From an uncultured Candidatus Rokubacteria bacterium (lineage in GTDB: Bacteria; Methylomirabilota; Methylomirabilia; Rokubacteriales; DASRDR01), in assembly GCA_963805625.1 (NCBI GenBank), contig CAWDVE010000019.1, positions 480,001 to 544,000 of the forward strand: a stretch of DNA of 64,000 nt. Reading direction: 5' to 3'. Positions 9,509-18,860 of this stretch are shown here, one piece after another. The translations under genes were made by a program, and so were the position numbers. How positions within the stretch are numbered: the first letter of the stretch is position 1; each line of letters opens with the position of its first letter. Below the pieces are notes generated by a model. It made no database searches, was not told the DNA's origin, and saw only the letters and a list, made by a program, of their open reading frames with translations.

Positions 9509-10462
9509 TCAGCCCGGAGACCCGTACCGGATCCGCGGGTCGAGGTAGAGGTACAGGAGATCCACCGCGAAGTTGACCAGCACGAAGGCGGTGGCGACGA
9601 ACAGCACCACGCCCTGGACCACGCCGTAGTCACGCTGCTGGATGGCGGCCAGGGAGAGGCGGCCCAGCCCCGGCCATCCGAAGACCTGCTCGATCACGAT
9701 GCTGCCGCCGAGGAGGGCACCGAGCTGGAGGCCCAGCACGGTGACGACCGACAGCAAGGCGTTCTTCAGCGCGTGCCGGGTGACCACCGCTCGCTCGGGC
9801 AGGCCCTTGGCGCGGGCGGTCCGGACGTAGTCGAGCGCCAGGACGTCGAGCATGCCCGAGCGAAGGAAGCGCGTCAGGGGCGCCGCGAGCGCGACCCCGA
9901 GGGTGACCGCGGGCAGGATGCTCGTCCGGAGGGCGCCGATGGGATCGGTCCTGAGCGGAAGGTATCCTGACGGGGGCAGCCAGCGGAGCTCGAGGGAGAA
10001 GAGAAGGACGAGCATGATGCCCAGCCAGAAGCTCGGAAGCGAGATACCGAGGAGGGCGAAGGTCGTCGACCCCTGATCGACCCACGAGCGCGGCCTGAGC
10101 GCGGCGACGATGCCGGCCGGGAAGGCGATGAGGAGCGCGACGACGAACGCGCTCGCCACGAGCTGGAGCGTCACCGGCAGCGCACCGAGGATCAGCGCCA
10201 GTGCCGGCTGCTTGGAGACCCAGGACGTCCCGAAGTTCCCGGCGGCCACGGCACGGAGCCAGCGAACGTACTGGACGACGATGGGCTGGTCCAGCCCCAT
10301 CTCGCGCCGGATCTGGGCCATCACCTGCGGCGTCGCCTCGGTGCCCAGCATGACGGCCGCGGGGTCTCCGGGGATGAGCCGCACGATCGTGAAGACCATG
10401 ATCGAGAGGAAGAACAGGACGAGGACCAGCTGGACGGTTCGCTCGACGAGATAACGCTGCAT
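9509..10462 (-). CDS. ABC peptide/nickel-type permease (DppB-like)
   Basis: IPGDPA, GLDQP, DYVRTARAKGL, EQVFGWPGLG, LDPRIR. Confidence 0.94.
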   Translation of the reverse strand: MQRYLVERTVQLVLVLFFLSIMVFTIVRLIPGDPAAVMLGTEATPQVMAQIRREMGLDQPIVVQYVRWLRAVAAGNFGTSWVSKQPALALILGALPVTLQLVASAFVVALLIAFPAGIVAALRPRSWVDQGSTTFALLGISLPSFWLGIMLVLLFSLELRWLPPSGYLPLRTDPIGALRTSILPAVTLGVALAAPLTRFLRSGMLDVLALDYVRTARAKGLPERAVVTRHALKNALLSVVTVLGLQLGALLGGSIVIEQVFGWPGLGRLSLAAIQQRDYGVVQGVVLFVATAFVLVNFAVDLLYLYLDPRIRYGSPG

Positions 10463-10483
10463 CAGGCGCCCAAAAGCTCGGTC

Positions 10484-10511
10484 AGTATAGCGACCAAACC
10501 CGACCTGTCAA
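10484..10511 (-). promoter_or_regulatory. sigma70-type promoter for the ABC/ceramidase-like operon
   Basis: Minus strand reads TTGACA-16 bp-TATACT, 21 nt upstream of ATG 10462. Confidence 0.7.
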
Positions 10512-10560
10512 GGCAGCCGGCCTCATTGACGAGGCCGCGCCAGGAACCCCAGGTTGCACC

Positions 10561-10589
10561 TTGACACGCTCGGGCCGCGCGGCCACGAT
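10561..10589 (+). promoter_or_regulatory. divergent sigma70-type promoter for the aminotransferase operon
   Basis: TTGACA-17 bp-CACGAT. Confidence 0.55.
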
Positions 10590-10649
10590 TCGGTTCATGG
10601 ATTCCCGGCGGCCTCCGGCTTGACGGCACCCTCGACCGAGGAGAGGCCG

Positions 10650-11993
10650 ATGACCTCGAGCTACGCCGCGCTCGACGAGCGCTATCTCCATCCCATGACC
10701 GATCCGGCGGACAAGGGGCGCCTCACCGTCCTCGTCCGCGGTCAGGGTATCCGCCTCGAGGACGCGGAGGGGCGCTCGTACATCGATGGGCTGGCCGGCC
10801 TCTGGAACGTCAACCTGGGGCACGGACGCGAGGAGCTGGTCGAGGCCGCGGCCGACCAGATGCGTCGGCTCGCCTTCGCCAACACGTACAGCGGCTACGC
10901 GAACGCGCCGGCGCTCGAGCTGGCCGCGCGCCTCGAGACTCTCGCATATCCCGGGCTGCGGGCGAGCTTCCTCGCCACCAGCGGGGTCGACGCCAACGAG
11001 GCGGCGTTCAAGACGGCGCGCTACTTCTGGCGGCGCCGGGGCCGGCCGTCGAAGGTCAAGGTGATCTCGCTGGAGCACGGGTATCACGGCGCGACGATCG
11101 CGGGCATGAGCGCGACCGGGATTCCGGACTACGCGCGGATGTTCCAGCCCCGGCTCGCGGAGTTCCTCCACGTCCGCTCGCACTACCCGTACCGCTGTGA
11201 CTTCGCCCGGCCGGGGGAGGGACCCGGGGCGGCCGCCGCCCGCGTGCTGGAGGAGGCGATCGTCCGCGAGGAGCCGGAGACCGTGGCGGCCTTCCTGGCC
11301 GAGCCGGTGCAGGGCGCGGGCGGGGTCATCGTCCCGCCGGACGACTACTTCCCGCGGGTTCGGGAGATCCTGGACCGGCACGACGTGCTCCTGATCGCCG
11401 ACGAGATCATCACGGGGTTCGGCCGGACGGGGGAGTGGTTCGGGCTCACGCGCTGGGACGTGCGGCCGGACATCTTCACCTTCGCCAAGGGCGTCACCAG
11501 CGCGTACCTGCCGCTCGGCGGGATGATGGTGAGCGAGGCGATCGCGCGCGCGATCCACGAGGCGCCGGCGGCCGAGCGGTGGGCGCACTCCTCGACCTAC
11601 GCCGGGCACCCGGTTTGCTGCGCGGTGGCGCTCCGAACACTGGACATCCTGGAGCGCGAGCGGCTCGTCCCGCGCGTCGCCCGGCTCGGCCGCTACCTGC
11701 TGGACCGGCTGCGTACCCTCGAGGACCTCGACTGCGTCGGCGAGGTGCGGGGGCTCGGCCTCATGGCGGCCGTCGAGCTGGTCGCCGACCGGTGGACGAA
11801 GACGGCCTTCGCCCCGGATCTCCGCGTGGGCATGCGGATCACGCGGCACGCGCAGGAGGCCGGGCTCATGCTCAGGACGCGTGGCGAGGTGGTAACGCTG
11901 GCGCCGCCCTTCGTGATCACGGAGGCGGAGATCGACGAGACGGTGGCGATTCTCCGTGCCGCCATCGAGAAGACCATGGGAGAGATTCGATGA
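10650..11993 (+). CDS. class III (omega-amino acid/polyamine) aminotransferase
   Basis: YIDGLAGLWNVNLGHG, GYHGAT, AEPVQGAGG, IADEIITGFGRTG, FAKGVTSAYLP; GAGGAG upstream. Confidence 0.94.
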   Translation: MTSSYAALDERYLHPMTDPADKGRLTVLVRGQGIRLEDAEGRSYIDGLAGLWNVNLGHGREELVEAAADQMRRLAFANTYSGYANAPALELAARLETLAYPGLRASFLATSGVDANEAAFKTARYFWRRRGRPSKVKVISLEHGYHGATIAGMSATGIPDYARMFQPRLAEFLHVRSHYPYRCDFARPGEGPGAAAARVLEEAIVREEPETVAAFLAEPVQGAGGVIVPPDDYFPRVREILDRHDVLLIADEIITGFGRTGEWFGLTRWDVRPDIFTFAKGVTSAYLPLGGMMVSEAIARAIHEAPAAERWAHSSTYAGHPVCCAVALRTLDILERERLVPRVARLGRYLLDRLRTLEDLDCVGEVRGLGLMAAVELVADRWTKTAFAPDLRVGMRITRHAQEAGLMLRTRGEVVTLAPPFVITEAEIDETVAILRAAIEKTMGEIR

Positions 11994-12048
11994 CACGGCT
12001 CGCGGGGCCACGCGGCGCTCACGCAACGCCTTGGGTGCGAGGGACATC

Positions 12049-12075
12049 ACCCCTCCCCCGGCGGGGGGAAGGGGT
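12049..12075. repeat. GC-rich palindrome (REP-like hairpin)
   Basis: ACCCCTCCCCC-GGCG-GGGGGAAGGGGT between two co-directional genes. Confidence 0.45.
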
Positions 12076-12096
12076 CGGGGGGTGTCGGAGGAGTCG

Positions 12097-12846
12097 ATGA
12101 CGTTCACGGGCAAGGTCGGCGTGATCACGGGCGCGGGGTCGGGGATCGGGCGGGCGACGGCGCGGCTCCTCGCCGAGCGGGGCGGGGCGGTCGTCGTCGC
12201 CGACGTCAACCGCGCGGCGGCCGAGGAGACCGTGACCCTTGTGCGGGCGAGAGGTGGCCGGGCGGAGGCCTGCGCGTGCGACGTGACGCGCGCCGAGGAC
12301 GTGGACGCTGCCGTCGCCCTGGCGCGCCGGACCTTCGGCCGCCTCGACGTGGTGGTCAACTGCGCCGGCATCCTCCGCGTGGCACCGCTCGAGGACACCT
12401 CCGAGAAGGAGTGGGAAGAGGTCATGGCGGTGAACCTGACCGGCGCCTTCCTCCTCACCCGGGCGGCGCTCCGCGCGCTGCGCGAGCAAGGCGGTGGAGC
12501 GATCGTCCACATCGCCTCCCGGGCGGCGCTCCGGGCGAAGGAAGGGCACGGCGCCTACTCGGCGTCGAAGGCCGGCATCCTTCAGCTCACGCAGATGGCG
12601 GCGGTCGAGGGAGCGCGCCACGGTATCCGCGTGAACTGCGTCTGCCCGGGTTTCATCGACACGCCCATGACCCGCGGGATGTACGACATGGGAGCGACCA
12701 TCGCCGCGTGGAAGGAGGTCTGCCCGCTCGGGCGGGCGGGCACACCCGAGGACGTGGCCAGGGCGATGCTCTTCCTGGCCTCGGAGGACGCCGGCTTCAT
12801 CACCGGCGTCGCGCTGCCGGTCGACGGCGGCCGCACGGTCGTGTAA
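12097..12846 (+). CDS. SDR oxidoreductase
   Basis: VITGAGSGIG, NCAG, YSASK, CPGFIDT, VDGG; GGAGGAG upstream. Confidence 0.93.
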   Translation: MTFTGKVGVITGAGSGIGRATARLLAERGGAVVVADVNRAAAEETVTLVRARGGRAEACACDVTRAEDVDAAVALARRTFGRLDVVVNCAGILRVAPLEDTSEKEWEEVMAVNLTGAFLLTRAALRALREQGGGAIVHIASRAALRAKEGHGAYSASKAGILQLTQMAAVEGARHGIRVNCVCPGFIDTPMTRGMYDMGATIAAWKEVCPLGRAGTPEDVARAMLFLASEDAGFITGVALPVDGGRTVV

Positions 12847-12858
12847 GAGGCGGAGCCG

Positions 12859-13635
12859 ATGATCGTCCGGGATCTTCCGATCGGAGCGCCGGTGAAGCTG
12901 GGTGGGCCGGAAACGCCGCGCATCGGCCTGGTCGTGCCCGCCACCGACCAGGTGAGCGAGGCGGCCTTCGCCGAGATGCTTGCGGGCCATCCGGTGTCGG
13001 TCGTCGCGAGCCGAGTTGCGTTCGAGAACCCGGTGGTGATGGCGACCCTCTCCCGCATGGTCGACGATCTCTTCCGGGCCACGGCGCTCTTGCTGCCCGG
13101 GGGCCGGATCGACGTGGTGGCCTTCTCCTGCACGTCGGGCACGGTGGCCGCGGGCCTCGATAGGGTGACGCGTGCCATCGAGGCCGCCAAGCCCGGCGTC
13201 CCGTTCACGACGCCGATCACCGCGGCGGTGGCGGCCTTCCGGCGCCTTGGCGTACGGCGGATCGCCGTGCTGACGCCCTACGTCGACGAGGTGAACGAGG
13301 CGATCCACGGGTTTCTGACCGCCTCCGGCCTCGAGGTCGTCGAGTTCGGCAGCTTCCACCTCCGGACCGAGCCGGAGATCGCCAGCGTCCCGCCGGAGGC
13401 GATCGTCACCGCCGGGAGGTCGATCGCGGTCCCCGGCGCGGAGGCGGTGTTCATCTCCTGCACCGGGCTTCAGGGGCACGCGGCCATCGCCGCGCTCGAG
13501 GCCGCGACCGGCCGCCCCGTTGTCACCAGCAACCAGGCCCAGGTGTGGGAGGCGCTATCGCTGGCCGGCTACGGACGGCCGCTCCACGGATACGGTCGCC
13601 TCCTTCAAGGCCTCGGGCCCGCACGGGCCGCGTAG
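12859..13635 (+). CDS. Asp/Glu racemase superfamily protein (maleate isomerase/EutA-like)
   Basis: RIGLVVPATD, FSCTSG, VLTPY, FISCTGL, PVVTSNQA; both catalytic Cys present. Confidence 0.88.
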   Translation: MIVRDLPIGAPVKLGGPETPRIGLVVPATDQVSEAAFAEMLAGHPVSVVASRVAFENPVVMATLSRMVDDLFRATALLLPGGRIDVVAFSCTSGTVAAGLDRVTRAIEAAKPGVPFTTPITAAVAAFRRLGVRRIAVLTPYVDEVNEAIHGFLTASGLEVVEFGSFHLRTEPEIASVPPEAIVTAGRSIAVPGAEAVFISCTGLQGHAAIAALEAATGRPVVTSNQAQVWEALSLAGYGRPLHGYGRLLQGLGPARAA

Positions 13636-13654
13636 ATCGCCCGGGGACCGCGGC

Positions 13655-14500
13655 TTGGCGCTCGCACACGCGCAGGTCGCGAAGTTCCGCGAGGAAGGGT
13701 TCGTCGCCGGCATCCCGGTCTTCAGCGGGGCCGAGTGCGAGCGGTTCCGGGAGACCGCCGAGCGGTTCCAGGCCGAGCGCCCGACGGACCGGGCCTGGGC
13801 CTTCGACATCAAGTGCAATCTCCTGTTCGACTGGGTTTACGCGAACGCGACGCATCCGCGGCTCCTCGACGCCGTGGCCGACCTCCTGGGTGAGGATCTC
13901 CTCCTGACGGACTCCGTGTTCCGGATCAAGGAGCCGGGGTCGGGCACGCACTACGGCTGGCACCAGGACTCGGCGCGCATCGTCGTCGAGCCCGCGCCGG
14001 CGATTGTCTACGTGGCGATCTCCGACGCGACGATGGAGAACGGTTGCCTTGCGGTGATCCCGCGGACCCACGACCGTGTCCGGGATTTCGACCTCGTCGA
14101 GAACCCGGGGCAGGCGCACCGCCGCGTGGCGCGGCTGCGCGAGGTCGACCCGAGCCAGGCCGTGTACATGGAGCTTCGAGCCGGCGAGGTCGCCATCTTC
14201 AGCGCCAACGTGGTCCACGGCTCGGCCCCGAACCGCGCACGGGCCGCGCGCTTCGCGATCCTCCACGACTACACGCCGGCGTCGGGACGCCAGTCAGTCG
14301 GACGGGGCTCGGGGCAGGTCGTGCGAGGCCGCGACGTGTTCGGCCACTTCGCACACGAGCCCGTCCCCTCGGCGGACTTCGAGGCGAACGTCCGCATGCG
14401 CCGGCGGATCCTCACCGAGTATCCGGAGAACATCCTGATGGGCCCGCTCGAGCCGGGCGCCCGGCCCGACTTCCCGGATCGCCGCGAGGTGCCGGCGTAA
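13655..14500 (+). CDS. phytanoyl-CoA dioxygenase (PhyH) family Fe(II)/2-oxoglutarate dioxygenase; TTG start inferred
   Basis: FRIKEPG, GWHQD (HxD), ENGCLAVIP, VVHGSAPN, distal Arg. Confidence 0.88.
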   Translation: MALAHAQVAKFREEGFVAGIPVFSGAECERFRETAERFQAERPTDRAWAFDIKCNLLFDWVYANATHPRLLDAVADLLGEDLLLTDSVFRIKEPGSGTHYGWHQDSARIVVEPAPAIVYVAISDATMENGCLAVIPRTHDRVRDFDLVENPGQAHRRVARLREVDPSQAVYMELRAGEVAIFSANVVHGSAPNRARAARFAILHDYTPASGRQSVGRGSGQVVRGRDVFGHFAHEPVPSADFEANVRMRRRILTEYPENILMGPLEPGARPDFPDRREVPA

Positions 14501-14600
14501 CCGGACCGTCGCCGTACTCGTCTTATCGCAACCCGGGGGTGCTGGACGGCCCGAGCGCCCCCGCGGGGCGACGTCGTGAAGGGCCGAAGGGGGAGGGCTC

Positions 14601-15398
14601 CTGCTAGAAAACCGTGTCAAGCGGATCGTCGCCGACGGCGGTATGGCCATCGTGACGTTCGGCGGTTGCCTGCGCGGTCCCGAGATCGTGGAGCTGGTCG
14701 GCCATGCGGGATACGACGGCGTTTTCATCGACATGGAGCACATGGCCCACGACCTCCGGGACGTCCAGGCGATGGTGCTCGCGGCGGAGCGGATGGGCAT
14801 CACGCCGATCGTCCGGACGCCGGGCTTCGACGCTGCCCTGGTCTTGCGCCTCCTCGATTTGGGCGTCCAGGGGATCCACGTGCCGCACGTCTCGACAGCC
14901 GCGGTCGCCCGGGACCTCGTGGCCGCGGCGCGCTACACGCCGCTGGGCGAGCGCGGGCTCATCGGCTACAGCCGGGCGGCCGACTACGGGCGCATCCCGC
15001 TGGGTCGGCACATCGAGCAATCGAACCGTGAGGTCTTATTGGCGGTGATGATCGAGGATCGGCAAGGGGTGGAGGAGATCGAGGCGATCGCCGCCGTACC
15101 TGGAATCGATCTGATCGCACCCGGGCCGAACGACCTCGCGGGGGCTCTGGAGGTGCCGGGGCAGCTGGACCATCCGAAGCTCGTGGCGGCCATGGATCGG
15201 ATCGTGGCCGCGGTGAAGAAGGTCAGCGGACCGCGTCTGGCGCTGCCCCTCGGCCATCCGGTCTATCCGCGGACCGTAGCCGAGTGCCGCGAGCTCGGCG
15301 TCGGCCTCCTGCTTTGCGGCACGGCGCCGGAGGCGCGCCTTCTCCGCGCCATGTCTCAGGAGGTGGCCGACGTCCGTCGGGACATCGCGGGAGGCTAG
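14601..15398 (+). CDS. HpcH/HpaI aldolase family protein (homology starts at CTG 14601; first ATG at 14643)
   Basis: LENRVKRIV, AGYDGVFIDMEH, PIVR, YTPLGERG, MIEDRQG, GPNDL. Confidence 0.9.
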   Translation: MLENRVKRIVADGGMAIVTFGGCLRGPEIVELVGHAGYDGVFIDMEHMAHDLRDVQAMVLAAERMGITPIVRTPGFDAALVLRLLDLGVQGIHVPHVSTAAVARDLVAAARYTPLGERGLIGYSRAADYGRIPLGRHIEQSNREVLLAVMIEDRQGVEEIEAIAAVPGIDLIAPGPNDLAGALEVPGQLDHPKLVAAMDRIVAAVKKVSGPRLALPLGHPVYPRTVAECRELGVGLLLCGTAPEARLLRAMSQEVADVRRDIAGG

Positions 15399-15482
15399 GC
15401 GGCGAATGCGCGAACGAGGCCAGGCCGGGACCGCGGAGCCATGGACGAGGCTCCGAAGAATTGCGCTCACACGGAGGGGACA

Positions 15483-16790
15483 ATGACGAGTCGAACGATC
15501 TGGCTGGGGCTGCTGGCGTGCGCGCTATCCGTGGGAGCGGGCACCGCGGCGCCGGCGGCCGAGCTCACCTGGTGGAGCCACTGGGCAACCCAGGACAACA
15601 AGAAGGTCGTGCTGGAGGAGGTCCGGAAACGATTCGAGGCGGCGCATCCTGGAACAAAGGTCACGCTCACCTACTGGGAGCTGGCCAACATGTACCCCGC
15701 GCTGCGGGCCGCGTTGACCGCGGGATCCGGATTCCCTGACGTGTTCACCTACGACACGACGGCCCCGGAGTTCATCGCGGCCGGATGGCTGGCGGACCTC
15801 GCTACCGGGGTTCGCTGGGGCAACATGGAGCCGTACGCCAAGGCGTTCTGGACGCGGCCTGGGCCCGGAGGCAAGGTCGGGACCTGGGCCTTCGCGCTGG
15901 AGTCGGCGTCCGACGAGATCTACTACAACAAGAAGCTCTTCCGGCAGCTCGGGATTACCGTCCCGGCGAACTTCACGTTTACCCAGGACCAGTTCCGGGA
16001 GGTGGTGGCCACCTGCGCGAAGGCCGGCTACGCCGCCTTCTCGACGGGGGCCGCCGACCGCGAATGGGCCGCCCTGTTCATCCCCATGGATTTCCTGCTG
16101 AGCAAGCTGGGCGGCGACGAGCTCGTCAGGCTGGGCAGGGGGGAAATCTCCTGGAAGGACCCGCGCGTCGTGGAGGTCTTCCGGTACTACAAGGAGCTGA
16201 TCGACCTCGGGGCCTACTCGAAGACCCTGACCAGCATGACCCTGGCCGATGGGCACCGGTACTTCCACACCGACCAGAAGGCTTGCATGTTCCCGGTCGG
16301 CTCGTGGTACACGGGGCGCGCGTTCGTGCCCCCGGAGAAGGGGGGGCAGCCCAAGGACTTCGAGCTGGGACTCCTCAACTACCCCTTGATGAAGGACGGG
16401 AAGGGTCACGGGCAAAAGTTCCTGGGCGTCGCGGGATCCTACGGCGTGGCGTCGAAGAGCCCCAACGCCGCAATGGCCATCGAGCTCGTCAACACGTTTG
16501 CCAGCGTCGACATCGGCAACCTCTGGATGGCCCAGACCGGCATCCAGACGGGGATCAGGACCGATCCGGGGAAGATCGACAGCCCGATCAAGTGGTACTT
16601 CGAGGAGTTCGGCAAGGTGAACAAGGCGAGCCAGTGGTTCGACTTGAATGCCCAGAGCATGAAGACCTTGATGAAGCCCGGCCTGTGGGATACGTGGGTC
16701 GCGACGGTGAACCAGGGCCTTCCCAACCGGCTTCTCGGACCCGACGAGGCCCTCGCCAAGCTGGAGGAAGCCCGGCTCAAAGGCCGGTAG
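15483..16790 (+). CDS. ABC transporter extracellular solute-binding protein, family 1 (sugar-type)
   Basis: Signal peptide, ELTWWSHW, PDVF, IYYNKKLFRQLG; no adjacent permease. Confidence 0.88.
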   Translation: MTSRTIWLGLLACALSVGAGTAAPAAELTWWSHWATQDNKKVVLEEVRKRFEAAHPGTKVTLTYWELANMYPALRAALTAGSGFPDVFTYDTTAPEFIAAGWLADLATGVRWGNMEPYAKAFWTRPGPGGKVGTWAFALESASDEIYYNKKLFRQLGITVPANFTFTQDQFREVVATCAKAGYAAFSTGAADREWAALFIPMDFLLSKLGGDELVRLGRGEISWKDPRVVEVFRYYKELIDLGAYSKTLTSMTLADGHRYFHTDQKACMFPVGSWYTGRAFVPPEKGGQPKDFELGLLNYPLMKDGKGHGQKFLGVAGSYGVASKSPNAAMAIELVNTFASVDIGNLWMAQTGIQTGIRTDPGKIDSPIKWYFEEFGKVNKASQWFDLNAQSMKTLMKPGLWDTWVATVNQGLPNRLLGPDEALAKLEEARLKGR

Positions 16791-16803
16791 GAGACGCGCG
16801 ACT

Positions 16804-16848
16804 CGGGGCCGGAGGAGTCGGGGCGAGAGCCCCCTTCCTCCGGCCCCG
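16804..16848 (+). terminator. strong stem-loop after the binding-protein gene
   Basis: 13-bp stem CGGGGCCGGAGGA/TCCTCCGGCCCCG with an inner GGGGC-GAGA-GCCCC hairpin, followed by CTTGTTGTT. Confidence 0.6.
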
Positions 16849-16918
16849 CGCTTGTTGTTCCCATTCTCTGTAGGCTGGGCTCTAGGCTCGCGGCGGGCGC
16901 CAGATCCGCCGCAGGAGC

Positions 16919-17268
16919 CGACCCGAGCCAGGCTTGTACATGGAATGGAGCTTCGAGCCGGCGCGGTCGCCATCTTCAGCGCCAACGTGGTCCACGGCTC
17001 GCCGCCGAACCGCGCGCGGGCCGCGCGCTTCACGATCCTCCACGACTACATGCCGGCATCGGGACGCCAGTCGGTCGGACGGGGTTCGGGGCAGCTCGTG
17101 CGAAGCCGCGACGTGTTCGGTCACTTCGCACACGAGCCCGTCCCCTCGGGAACTTCGAGGCGAAAGTCCGCATGCGCCGGCGGATCTTCACCGAGTATCC
17201 GGAGAACATCCTGATGGGCCCGCCCGAGCCGGGCGCCCGGCCGACTTCCCGGATCGCCGCGAGGTGCC
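16919..17268 (+). pseudogene. degenerate duplicate of the 3' ~350 bp of the PhyH gene (14146-14493)
   Basis: Highly similar DNA (GAGCTTCGAGCCGGCG..GTCGCCATCTTCAGCGCCAACGTGGTCCACGG...GAGTATCCGGAGAACATCCTGATGGGCCCG) with indels and frameshifts. Confidence 0.93.
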
Positions 17269-17271
17269 TCT

Positions 17272-17892
17272 CTAGCTGGAGCTCCAGGCGAACGGTGCGA
17301 AGTGACCGTTGTTCCGGCCCGACGTCTCGTCCCAGTCGATGCCGAAGGCGTGCATGTGGCTGCGCGAGGCCTTGGCCAGCGCGAGCCGGGTCGCGGCCGG
17401 GTGACCGACGTTGTCGAGGTAGATCGGCTCGCCCCGATTGGCGCCCGCGACTCCCTCGATGGCGATGTCGAGCACACCCGGGATCGAGACTGACCGGCGC
17501 ATCCCGGCGGTCTCGATCTTGATCGGCCTCGCCTCGGCGCCGCCGAACCGTCCGACCAGGGGGCCGAGTGCGCCGATCGGACCGCCACCCTGGCCGCTTG
17601 CGATCGCCGTGAGCGCCTCGCGCTGGGCAGGAGAGGCGCGGTCGTCCAGGATCACGCCGACGGTCCAATCGCCCGCGATCATGGGCCCGGGCGTGTGCAG
17701 CAAGATGGCGAAGTTCAGCCCGTCGAGGCTCGTGTTGCCGTGGTGCCCGCGCTCGACCTGGAATACGAGGCCCGCGTCGCAGTGACCCTTGGTGGGCCTG
17801 GCCGCCAGACCGGACGTCGGGCAGGGACACACGGAGTCGCAGCTGCAGGCCTCGAAGTACTCACCGCTAACCCGCCATTGAGCGTTTGCCAT
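17272..17892 (-). CDS. DUF1326 family putative metal-binding protein
   Basis: W.VSGEYFEACSCDSVCPC, PTKGHC, LDGL, GNW-like GDW, IASGQGGG, NGHFAPFAW. Confidence 0.85.
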   Translation of the reverse strand: MANAQWRVSGEYFEACSCDSVCPCPTSGLAARPTKGHCDAGLVFQVERGHHGNTSLDGLNFAILLHTPGPMIAGDWTVGVILDDRASPAQREALTAIASGQGGGPIGALGPLVGRFGGAEARPIKIETAGMRRSVSIPGVLDIAIEGVAGANRGEPIYLDNVGHPAATRLALAKASRSHMHAFGIDWDETSGRNNGHFAPFAWSSS

Positions 17893-17942
17893 GACGCCCC
17901 CCTCTGTTCCCGTGATTATCGAAGGCCGATGAAGCGACATCG

Positions 17943-18749
17943 TCACATCGAGTGGCGGCCGGCCCGCAGCGCCATGGCCAGATCGGGTCGAATGGCGACG
18001 GCCAGCCCCAGGAGCACGAGCGCCACACCGACGCCCCGCGCGATCCAGCTTCCGCCCGGCAGCAGCTTCTCGGCTGCCACCGCGGCCGCGATGAGCAGGA
18101 CCCAGGCGAGGCCCATCGCCCCGGCCACGACTAGGACGAGCATCAGCGCCCAGCAGCACCCGAGGCAATACATCGCATGTACCCATCCCATCGCGAGGCT
18201 GCCGCGCCAGCCCGCGCGCCAGTGGCCAAGGAAGAATCCGAGCGGACTGCGGCAGTGACGGAGGCACATCTGTTTGAGCGGCGAGATCTGGAAGATCCCG
18301 GCAACGACGAGCACCGCGGCGATGCCGTACTCGAACGCGACGGTGTTGCTCGCAGCGAGCAGCGTGCTCGCGAAGTACATCGGGACACCCGTCGCCGCCC
18401 ACACGCCGAGGTACACGAACGTGAACAGCGCCACCGGCAGGATCTTCCGGGCCCGGCCCTCGCCGTTCCGCTGGGTCGCCGCGTAGAGTCCGATCATCGG
18501 CAGGGCGCTCGGCAGCATCATCGCCGCCATCATGATGGTCCAGCCCGCCACGTAGACGAGCCCGTCGAAGACCGTGGGCGCCATGATCATGCCCTGCATC
18601 GGGTCGGGCGTCATGGCCGATGACACGACCTGCACCCATGCGACTACCGTGATCACGAGCAAGATGGCGCATGTCACGACCGTCGCGCCGTCGCGACCCC
18701 TGAGGACAACCTGGCCGGATGCTGACTCGGGGAGCCAGCCGCTGGGCAT
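17943..18749 (-). CDS. DUF2182 family metal-binding integral membrane protein
   Basis: WTIMMAAMMLPS, QISPLKQMCLRHCRSP, YCLGCCWALM, AEKLLP. Confidence 0.88.
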   Translation of the reverse strand: MPSGWLPESASGQVVLRGRDGATVVTCAILLVITVVAWVQVVSSAMTPDPMQGMIMAPTVFDGLVYVAGWTIMMAAMMLPSALPMIGLYAATQRNGEGRARKILPVALFTFVYLGVWAATGVPMYFASTLLAASNTVAFEYGIAAVLVVAGIFQISPLKQMCLRHCRSPLGFFLGHWRAGWRGSLAMGWVHAMYCLGCCWALMLVLVVAGAMGLAWVLLIAAAVAAEKLLPGGSWIARGVGVALVLLGLAVAIRPDLAMALRAGRHSM

Positions 18750-18860
18750 GGACGGACTGTAAGCCAGTGTCGCGTCCCATGTCTACCCGCGGTTTTGAGA
18801 TTCCGGGATGCGCCAGGGCGCCGGCGGGCCCGCCCAGGAGCGTCCGGGCCTTTGACCTCT

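Noticed and set aside
13655-14500. Ectoine hydroxylase EctD
   Set aside because: It has GWHQDS and lacks the EctD signature (WHSDFETWH.EDG).
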